Shown in pieces: positions 37,602 through 44,574 of a stretch of 57,552 nt of DNA; positions within the stretch are counted from its first letter, which is position 1, and each line of letters opens with the position of its first letter. Under the pieces are notes generated by a model, which ran no database searches, was not told the origin of the DNA, and saw nothing but the letters and a program-made list of their open reading frames with translations. The translations under genes and the position numbers were made by a program. The stretch comes from a virus (Duplodnaviria > Caudoviricetes), in the IMG/VR virus record IMGVR_UViG_3300025276_000005, positions 1-57,552 of that record. One strand, written 5' to 3'.

Positions 37602-37665
37602 TCTTTAATGTCACTAAGGTGGTCACAAGTCCATCAATCTAAGAGTTAGAGAGACAGAGTGGAGA
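37602..37665 (+). ncRNA. Twister self-cleaving ribozyme (type P1), copy 2; predicted cut U37606/A37607
   Basis: P1 TCTT/GAGA; U^AA; P2 TGTC/GACA; AC; P4 GGTGG/CCATC enclosing loop TCACAAGT; P5 TCTAA/TTAGA; GAGT. Compensatory changes relative to copy 1. Confidence 0.9.
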
Positions 37666-37692
37666 TAATTAAAAAACAAAACAACTAAAATT

Positions 37693-38025
37693 ATGGGATA
37701 CAGAAGCGAAGTTTACATAGCAATACCAAAGGCAGATGAGTTAGAATTAGATGCTATATTAATAGAGCACCATTTATTTGGTGGAGATTACTTTACTAAA
37801 ACTAATTATTTAGGGTACGTAACCTATCATTGCCCACATCTTAAATGGCATAGTCACTATAATGATGTAAGAGCAGTAAATGATTTTATATCAGAAATCC
37901 CTCTAGATAATTTCCCAAAAGAAGGTAGATGCTTGGTGTGTGTTGGAGAGGATGATAGGATACACTCAGATATAGGAGAATATCAAGAGGTATTCAATAT
38001 ATATACTAAAGTAGAACTACAATAG
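37693..38025 (+). CDS. Early hypothetical protein
   Basis: MGYRSEVYIAI...LKW...VGED. Confidence 0.65.
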   Translation: MGYRSEVYIAIPKADELELDAILIEHHLFGGDYFTKTNYLGYVTYHCPHLKWHSHYNDVRAVNDFISEIPLDNFPKEGRCLVCVGEDDRIHSDIGEYQEVFNIYTKVELQ

Positions 38026-38148
38026 AAAACGAGAGTACCAAGCGTGAGTTGGGCATATAGTAAAAAGTCCTAACAGGGGTGTTAGGCAAAAGTCAGTGTC
38101 GGAAGGGGGCTTTCCTCCCCTTTCCTTCATAACTAAAACAAGACTAAG

Positions 38149-38304
38149 ATGGACTTACGAGATATTACGATAAAGATAGAGGCATACGCCAACCAAAGAG
38201 TAATAGAGGAGTTGGAGGAGTTACTAAGAAGAGCTGAAGGTAGTGGTAGAAATATAACTAATGTTGAATTATCTTTAATAATCAAATATCTAAAACAAGA
38301 CTAA
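38149..38304 (+). CDS. 51-aa early protein, absent from the ORF track
   Basis: MDLRDITIKIEAYANQRVIEELEELL...; AAAACAAGACTAAGATG start context. Confidence 0.5.
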   Translation: MDLRDITIKIEAYANQRVIEELEELLRRAEGSGRNITNVELSLIIKYLKQD

Positions 38305-38305
38305 G

Positions 38306-38524
38306 ATGCCTGCAGCAAGACAAGAGTATGTAAAAAGTAAATATCAAGGAGTATCAGGGGTTATGACTAAAGGCGTAGTTAAATGGCGTGTAAACATCGC
38401 AGGAGTAGGACGTGCTAATTTAGCTTCTGAAAGAGAATGTGCTATTGCAGTAGATAAAATTAAAATAAGTCAAGGTAAAGAACCCGTTAATATACTAAAG
38501 AGAGTTAAAATAATTAGTCTATGA
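38306..38524 (+). CDS. AP2-like DNA-binding protein
   Basis: SKYQGV...KWRVNI...SERECAIAVD resembles the AP2 domain pattern. Confidence 0.6.
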   Translation: MPAARQEYVKSKYQGVSGVMTKGVVKWRVNIAGVGRANLASERECAIAVDKIKISQGKEPVNILKRVKIISL

Positions 38525-38545
38525 CTAATTTATAACTTATATTTA
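38511..38545 (+). promoter_or_regulatory. Operator/promoter unit 3
   Basis: AATTAGTC-TAT-GACTAATT followed at the same spacing by TATATTTA (one mismatch to the -7 box). Confidence 0.6.
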
Positions 38546-38556
38546 CATAATTATTA

Positions 38557-38682
38557 GTGGTCAACTTGGTTTCTCCGATGTCTTGGGGACTGAAGGATTG
38601 TCTGCTTATGGTTAATAGTCGTGACCACGTGGGTGTTTTTAATGCTTCACCTATTCATAACGACAAAGACAGTCAAAGACAT
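38557..38682 (+). ncRNA. Unassigned structured RNA (long interrupted hairpin with a possible pseudoknot)
   Basis: Nested stems ATGTCTT/AAGACAT, GACTG/CAGTC, TTGTC/GACAA, TTATG/CATAA, GTGGGTG/CACCTAT, plus GTGGTCA/TGACCAC. Confidence 0.55.
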
Positions 38683-38729
38683 TAATTGGATGTCCGCTTA
38701 GGCGGACATCTACTTTAAACTAAAAACAT

Positions 38730-39086
38730 ATGACAAGTAGATTAAAAGAAAGTATAGTAAACGATATTCGGGCAGAGAAACTTTGCTCTACTCCGGATAA
38801 ACACCACATACAGAGGTGTCAGAAAATACTAGATAACCTAGAGAGTCTAACTTACGAGCAGTTTATTAATACCGGACACATAATGCCTAAGAGGCATATT
38901 ATAGATAGGTATCCTCATAGAAAGCTGAAGGAAAATACCAAGACAGTTTGTAGGTATGTAGGTGGTTTCTGTATTGAATTTATAGGAAAGGATGACTTTT
39001 TTTGGGGCTACCATAAAGACAAAGACTTTAAGCACGTTGAGATGACGTTGTATAACCACGTAAAGAACACAATAGATGAGCGATAA
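38730..39086 (+). CDS. Hypothetical protein
   Basis: 118-aa ORF. Confidence 0.6.
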   Translation: MTSRLKESIVNDIRAEKLCSTPDKHHIQRCQKILDNLESLTYEQFINTGHIMPKRHIIDRYPHRKLKENTKTVCRYVGGFCIEFIGKDDFFWGYHKDKDFKHVEMTLYNHVKNTIDER

Positions 39087-39360
39087 ATCGAGAGAGTATC
39101 AGATTAAAAAGTACACTAACAAGATACAAGAGATGTTAATTAGTAAAAACAAAGCGTATGGGAGTTCTGCTCTTGAGCCTCTGAATGTATTCAGTAAGGG
39201 TAGACCTTCCGACTCTTTGTGTGCAAGGATAGACGATAAGTTAGCAAGGATAAAGAACGTAGGTATATCAGACAAGACAGAGGATACAGTCTTCGACTTG
39301 ATAGGTTACCTTATATTATTAATGATTTCACTAGAAGACGATGAAGAAAGCAATATTTAA
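39076..39360 (+). CDS. DUF1599/nucleotide-modification-associated (all-alpha NTP-PPase-like) protein
   Basis: KNKAYGSS...RIDDKLARI...EDTVFDLIGYLIL. Confidence 0.65.
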   Translation: MSDKSREYQIKKYTNKIQEMLISKNKAYGSSALEPLNVFSKGRPSDSLCARIDDKLARIKNVGISDKTEDTVFDLIGYLILLMISLEDDEESNI

Positions 39361-39640
39361 TCAGTATGCGGATGAGATATCAAGATTATTCTCAATAGAC
39401 CAAAAAGAAATATTCAGTAAAGGTAAACGAAGAGATTTAGTTAGTGCTAGGCACATACTATTTTACCTTTGCTACAACAGACCAATGCGAGGTACTGAGA
39501 TTCAATACTATATGGGGTTGCGTGGGTATAAAATAAACCACTCCTCAATTATGTACGGTATAAGGTCTGTCAACGAACTTATTACAAACGATAAAGACTA
39601 CGCATCTGTTGTTAAAAAAGTATCGATATGCGTGGACTAG
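39341..39640 (+). CDS. DnaA domain IV-like HTH protein
   Basis: KRRDLVSARHILFYL...EI...NHSSIMYGIRSV. Confidence 0.7.
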   Translation: MKKAIFNQYADEISRLFSIDQKEIFSKGKRRDLVSARHILFYLCYNRPMRGTEIQYYMGLRGYKINHSSIMYGIRSVNELITNDKDYASVVKKVSICVD

Positions 39641-40047
39641 AATCAGTATTTGAAGAAGCCAAGCTAGACGAATACTCAGGAGTTTTAGATAGTAGGGGAG
39701 TTGAGGCTAGAATTGTACTTGCGATAAAGATTACACGAGACAGAGAAAGTGGTGATGTTGAGATACTTAACACCTCTAAAGGAGGGGATTACTACAAAGA
39801 AATATCTAAAGATGAGTACGAATTATTCATCAAAAAAGGTTGGAGATATGGAGTTTATGTCTTATATTTGTCTAATTGCCGACTAAAACTTAACTCAATT
39901 GAGATTAGAATTAACGAGCATATACAAGAGAGCATCAATACTACGTTAGAGATGTTGCAGACAAGGAGAAAAGTAATACTAAACAATTACGCAAAAGTTA
40001 AAAATAAATTAAATCAAATCAACAATGAACAAGAACACTTACAGTAA
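39628..40047 (+). CDS. Hypothetical protein
   Basis: 139-aa ORF overlapping its neighbours. Confidence 0.6.
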   Translation: MRGLESVFEEAKLDEYSGVLDSRGVEARIVLAIKITRDRESGDVEILNTSKGGDYYKEISKDEYELFIKKGWRYGVYVLYLSNCRLKLNSIEIRINEHIQESINTTLEMLQTRRKVILNNYAKVKNKLNQINNEQEHLQ

Positions 40048-40609
40048 ATTAGCATCGCTCCATATCAAGGATAAAGTTGAGCGTAAAGGAAAGATGGATT
40101 ACCTATCGTGGGCAAATGCTTGGCATATGCTTAAGACTGAGCATCCAAACGCACAAAGAAAGGTGTACGAATCAGAGCATACGGGATTAAACTTCTTCAC
40201 TGATGGTTCAACTGCGTACGTTAAGGTTGGGATTATAGTAGACGAGTTAGAGCATATTGATTACTTACCGGTAATGGATTTTAGAAACAAGTCTGTGTCT
40301 TTAGAGAACGTAACATCTATGGACATCAATAAAACCATTCAGCGTTCAACAGCTAAGGCTATTGCAATGCACGGTCTAGGATTGTCTTTATGGACGGGAG
40401 AGGATGTGCCTGAGTTAACTACAACTACTAAGATAGTAGATAAAGCGCCTAAGATGATGGCGCTAGAGATTGGTGATGAGAATTGGGCTAAGGTTATGAA
40501 GTACATAACAGCTAATAAGAGTCTAGGTCTTACAAAAATCATATCAAACTTAGGTGCTAAGTACAGCATAAAGGCTTCTGTAAAGAAGGAGATAGAAAAA
40601 GCTATGTAG
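40025..40609 (+). CDS. Sak3/DUF1071-like (Rad52-fold) single-strand annealing protein
   Basis: DYLSWANAW...LPVMDFRNK...DINKTIQRSTAKAIAMHGLGLSLWTGED. Confidence 0.8.
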   Translation: MNKNTYSKLASLHIKDKVERKGKMDYLSWANAWHMLKTEHPNAQRKVYESEHTGLNFFTDGSTAYVKVGIIVDELEHIDYLPVMDFRNKSVSLENVTSMDINKTIQRSTAKAIAMHGLGLSLWTGEDVPELTTTTKIVDKAPKMMALEIGDENWAKVMKYITANKSLGLTKIISNLGAKYSIKASVKKEIEKAM

Positions 40610-40610
40610 T

Positions 40611-41345
40611 ATGAAGGATGTATTAGAGAAGCTACGAGACGATGCTGAGTATTACGGAGGGGTAGGTAAGAACTACCTCTCTAACTCAGACATACAAGCG
40701 TTGCTAGGAAACATAAAAGAATTCCGTGTACCACGTGCAGACAATCCGGTATTCGCTAAGGGAAGGTTATTCCATCAACTTATACTAGAGCCTGAGAAGG
40801 CATCTGAGGTTGTTTCATTAGATATTGGCTCAAGGAATACCAAAGCGTATAAAGACTTTGTAGTAGATAACGAATTAGAGTTCTGTCTGCTAGATAAAGA
40901 GGTTAACGATATTAAGTCTTGGGTATCCTCAATGATGTCTAATATGGACTTCTTCGATATGATTACTGAGGAAGGAAATCAATATGAAATACCTAGCATA
41001 CGAGAGATTAAGGGCGTGATGTGGAAAGGTAAGGCTGACATCATAGGTAACGAATGCCTAATGGATTTAAAGACTACCGGAGACATTAAGAAATTTAAGA
41101 GGTCTGCTAGTCTATACAACTACGATAGTCAGGCATACATATACCAAGAGTTATTTGGTAAGCCACTTATATTCTTAGTGATAGATAAGACTACGCATCA
41201 GCTTGGAATATTCAGACCATCTGAGGACTTCATTAAGAGAGGAGAGCGTAAGGTAGAGAAAGCAGTAGAGGTTTACCATAACTTCTTCTCAGACAGTGCT
41301 GAAAAAAGCATTGAAGATTTCTACATTGAAGAGTACATTGATTAG
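40611..41345 (+). CDS. PD-(D/E)XK exonuclease (RecE/DUF3799-like)
   Basis: LSNSDI, GRLFHQLILEP, KGKADII, DLKTT, YNYDSQAYIY. Confidence 0.8.
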   Translation: MKDVLEKLRDDAEYYGGVGKNYLSNSDIQALLGNIKEFRVPRADNPVFAKGRLFHQLILEPEKASEVVSLDIGSRNTKAYKDFVVDNELEFCLLDKEVNDIKSWVSSMMSNMDFFDMITEEGNQYEIPSIREIKGVMWKGKADIIGNECLMDLKTTGDIKKFKRSASLYNYDSQAYIYQELFGKPLIFLVIDKTTHQLGIFRPSEDFIKRGERKVEKAVEVYHNFFSDSAEKSIEDFYIEEYID

Positions 41346-41433
41346 TCTGTTCGAACAGACTCACACAGATGGCAATTCGTGATGCTTCCCTAGTTACGAT
41401 GAGCCTTTTTTAAAAGGGAATTAAATTTATATT

Positions 41434-41706
41434 ATGTCAAAAGAAAAAATCTTTGCAGACGGATTCTCGTTCTCAACGAGAGACAATCAACCTGACTTCG
41501 TTGTTGGGAGAGTATCAGTGAAAATTGAGGATGCTATACCATTCTTAAAAGAACACGGGGCTAAGCGTGGATGGGTGAACCTCAACGTGTTAGTAGGAAG
41601 AAGTGGTAACCCATACGTGGAGCTTGATACCTTTGAACCAAAAGCAAGTAACTTGAAATTCTCTACACCTGCTGCACCTGCAGAAGATGAGAACTTACCT
41701 TTCTAA
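41434..41706 (+). CDS. Probable single-stranded DNA-binding protein
   Basis: 90 aa, beta-rich, acidic tail EDENLPF, next to the annealase and exonuclease. Confidence 0.65.
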   Translation: MSKEKIFADGFSFSTRDNQPDFVVGRVSVKIEDAIPFLKEHGAKRGWVNLNVLVGRSGNPYVELDTFEPKASNLKFSTPAAPAEDENLPF

Positions 41707-41730
41707 TTCCCCCCGCAAATTAGATTATAG

Positions 41731-41764
41731 AGTGGATAGGCGTAAAAGTCTATCCACTTTTTTT
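41731..41764 (+). terminator. Intrinsic terminator downstream of the SSB gene
   Basis: AGTGGATAGGC-GTAAAA-GTCTATCCACT followed by a T run. Confidence 0.85.
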
Positions 41765-41766
41765 AC

Positions 41767-41940
41767 CAATGTTAACTGACGATTTTATTTTCCTATATAC
41801 TATTATATATTTTTATACTATTTATTATTTTTTTTTATCTACATTTGAAGGATAAAGTTAACATTATTAACACTACTATTGATAATCAAAGTGTTACCTT
41901 TTAATTTTTAACATAAAACAAACACAATGTCAACATTAAA
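41767..41940. repeat. AT-rich element, copy B (candidate replication origin) upstream of the primase-helicase
   Basis: Same ordered motifs as 31506-31680. Confidence 0.5.
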
Positions 41941-44314
41941 CGTCACGATATTTAAAAATATCAAGGAAACTGCGACTCCATTCTACAGGGAAGTCAGTGT
42001 AGTACTACAAAGAATTAAGGAAGGGGCATCTAAAGACTTAGTAAAAAGTATACGGTCAGAGAAAGATAAGCCACAACGAAACGAACTTAAGAAATTACTT
42101 CCTGCAATATGTTTCTCAGGTACATTCACAAAAAGAAACGACACATCACTAACAGAACATAGTGGTTTAATATGCTTAGACTTTGATGGCTACCCTAAGA
42201 TGAAGGATATGCTAGAAGAGAAAGAGAGGTTGAGTAAGAACAGATACATATACTCTGTGTTTATATCGCCATCGGGTAATGGTTTAAAAGCTTTAGTTAA
42301 AGTACCACAAGATGCCGACAACCACGTAAACTACTTCAATTCTTTAGAGAAGCACTTCAACTCAGAGTTCTTTGATAAGACCTGTAAGAATATATCAAGA
42401 GTTTGTTACGAATCGTATGACCCTTTGGTTTACGTTAACGAGACATCTTCTTTATGGGATACGATAGAGGATTTAGAGTACAAGGAGATTTCAATAATCA
42501 GAGATGCTCCTACGATACCAATTACAGACGAGAATAAAATAGTTGAGATACTCGTTAAGTGGTGGACAAAGAAATACCCAATGGCTGAGGGTCAGAGAAA
42601 TCAGAATGCTTTTATTCTAGCTATGGCTTTCAATGACTACGGGGTTAATAAGAGTTTATCTTCTTACGTTCTTAACGGATACGCAAACGAAAGCTTTAAC
42701 TTGAATGAGATTGAGAGAACAATTGACTCTGCTTATGCGAACACTCAAAACTTTGGGAGTAAGTACTACGAGGATGAGGAGAGAGTTAACAACATCAAGT
42801 CTCAGTTCAGAAGAGGTGCGACAAAAAAAGAAATCCGTCAAGAATTAGAGGACTCGAATCTAGACGGAGCAGTTATCGAGTCAGTAATGACCAAAGTCTT
42901 AGACGAGAATGCTCTTAAGCAGTTTTGGACAAAGAGCGATAAGGGTGCTATTAAAATAGTTCACATCCTTTTTAAGACGTTCTTAGAGGATAACGGCTTC
43001 TATAAGTATTGTCCGGAGGGAGGAAAGAACTACGTCTTTGTAAGGGTCACAAACAACCTCATAGACCACACGTCAGAGAAGGAGATAAAGGACTTTATAT
43101 TAGGTCACTTAATTTCTCTAGAGGATTTGAGTATATATAACTACTTCGCAGATAACACTAGGTTGTTTAGAGAGGAATTCCTTACACTACTATCTACGAT
43201 TGACATCTACTTCATATCAGATACCAAAGACTCAGCTTACTTGTACTATAAGAATTGTGCAGTACAGATAACTAAGGATGGTGTTAAAGCAATTGACTAC
43301 TTAGACTTGGGTGGTTACGTTTGGAGTGACCACGTTATAGATAGGAACTTTAACATATGTGATGTAGGTAATTGTGATTACAAGACATTCATAAGTAACG
43401 TAAGTGGTAGAGACCCTAAAAGAGTCCTTACAATGGAGAGTACGATAGGGTTTATGCTACACGCACATAAGAACTTAGCTTACTGCCCTGCTATCATACT
43501 AAACGATGAGGTTATATCAGACAATCCTGAAGGTGGTACGGGTAAAGGTTTATTTATGAATGCCCTATCTAAGATGAAGAAGGTTGTTACGATTGACGGT
43601 AAGTCATTCACGTTTGAGCGTTCGTTTGCGTACCAACTTGTATCGGCTGACACTCAGATACTTGTATTTGATGACGTTAAGAAACACTTTGACTTCGAGA
43701 GATTGTTCAGTGTAGTTACAGAAGGTTTGACTTTAGAGAAGAAGAATAAGGATGCTATTAAAATTCCGTTCAGCAAATCTCCAAAGGTTGCTATAACAAC
43801 TAACTACGCGATTAAAGGTTCGGGTAATTCATTTGCTAGACGTAAATGGGAGCTAGAACTATGTCAGTACTACAGCAAAGACTTTACTCCTTTAGACGAG
43901 TTCGGAAAGTTAATGTTCGGAGATTGGGGCGATGACGAGTGGTGTGGTTTTGATAACTATATGATTGGATGCCTTCAAGAGTATTTACTTAATGGGTTAC
44001 AGTTTAGTGAGTCCACAAACGGACCGACCAAGATACTATCACAAACAACTAACCACGAGTTTATTGAATGGTGTGGTCTTGTAGAAGGTGTGGAGGGCTC
44101 AGCGTATCTACCGGTAGATGTTAAGTTGAATTGTCAGCAGTTATACTATGACTTTATGGAGGAGTATCCGCAATACTCAAAAGGCAACGGAAACACTTTA
44201 TCAAAAGCAGCGTTCTATAAGTTCTTAGTTGAGTACGCTAAGTTTAAAGAAGGTGTTAAGCCTGATGTTGGTAGAGATGTACAAGGAAGATTTATGGTAA
44301 TTAAAACAAAATAA
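41927..44314 (+). CDS. Primase (VirE-N/BT4734-like, plus PriCT) fused to an SF3-type helicase
   Basis: KKLLPAICFSGTF, HSGLICLDFD, FISPSGNGLK, RVCYESYDP; EGQRNQNAF; Walker A GGTGKG, FDDV, ITTNY. Confidence 0.85.
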   Translation: MSTLNVTIFKNIKETATPFYREVSVVLQRIKEGASKDLVKSIRSEKDKPQRNELKKLLPAICFSGTFTKRNDTSLTEHSGLICLDFDGYPKMKDMLEEKERLSKNRYIYSVFISPSGNGLKALVKVPQDADNHVNYFNSLEKHFNSEFFDKTCKNISRVCYESYDPLVYVNETSSLWDTIEDLEYKEISIIRDAPTIPITDENKIVEILVKWWTKKYPMAEGQRNQNAFILAMAFNDYGVNKSLSSYVLNGYANESFNLNEIERTIDSAYANTQNFGSKYYEDEERVNNIKSQFRRGATKKEIRQELEDSNLDGAVIESVMTKVLDENALKQFWTKSDKGAIKIVHILFKTFLEDNGFYKYCPEGGKNYVFVRVTNNLIDHTSEKEIKDFILGHLISLEDLSIYNYFADNTRLFREEFLTLLSTIDIYFISDTKDSAYLYYKNCAVQITKDGVKAIDYLDLGGYVWSDHVIDRNFNICDVGNCDYKTFISNVSGRDPKRVLTMESTIGFMLHAHKNLAYCPAIILNDEVISDNPEGGTGKGLFMNALSKMKKVVTIDGKSFTFERSFAYQLVSADTQILVFDDVKKHFDFERLFSVVTEGLTLEKKNKDAIKIPFSKSPKVAITTNYAIKGSGNSFARRKWELELCQYYSKDFTPLDEFGKLMFGDWGDDEWCGFDNYMIGCLQEYLLNGLQFSESTNGPTKILSQTTNHEFIEWCGLVEGVEGSAYLPVDVKLNCQQLYYDFMEEYPQYSKGNGNTLSKAAFYKFLVEYAKFKEGVKPDVGRDVQGRFMVIKTK

Positions 44315-44574
44315 TGAAAACACAAGAAACACTACTAGATTTCCTAGTCTACAACTATAGAGAGGAAACATTCCTAAAGGCTGATGGATTTGATTCTGCC
44401 TGTATAGGATTTGATTATAAGACAAGACGATTGATATACTCAACAAGCAAGTGCATCAAAATACTTGTAGATGATGGTATGGATTACGAAGAGGCTTGCG
44501 AGTACTTTCAGTTCAATATATTAGAGGCTTACGTTGGAGAGAAGACACCAATCTTTGCCATAGACGAATGGTAG
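44314..44574 (+). CDS. Hypothetical phage protein
   Basis: ADGFDSACIG...YEEACEYFQFNILEAYVGEKTPIF. Confidence 0.65.
   Translation: MKTQETLLDFLVYNYREETFLKADGFDSACIGFDYKTRRLIYSTSKCIKILVDDGMDYEEACEYFQFNILEAYVGEKTPIFAIDEW

Noticed and set aside
38578-38682. Hairpin ribozyme, suggested by an A-GUC site at 38671-38674
   Set aside because: The conserved loop A and loop B sequences (AGAA; AGAAACA/GUAUAUUAC) are absent and the GUC is paired with GAC, so it is left as an unassigned RNA.
34465-38711. Hairpin repeats as a CRISPR or mini-CRISPR array
   Set aside because: Copies are hundreds to thousands of bases apart, separated by genes rather than uniform spacers, and no cas genes are recognisable.
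40611-41345. Cas4
   Set aside because: It lacks the four-Cys Fe-S motif and sits in an annealase-exonuclease-SSB recombination block.
41362-41420. HDV-like or theta ribozyme
   Set aside because: I could not build the nested P1/P2/P3/P1.1 arrangement or find the J4/2 catalytic motif, and no tRNA is adjacent.
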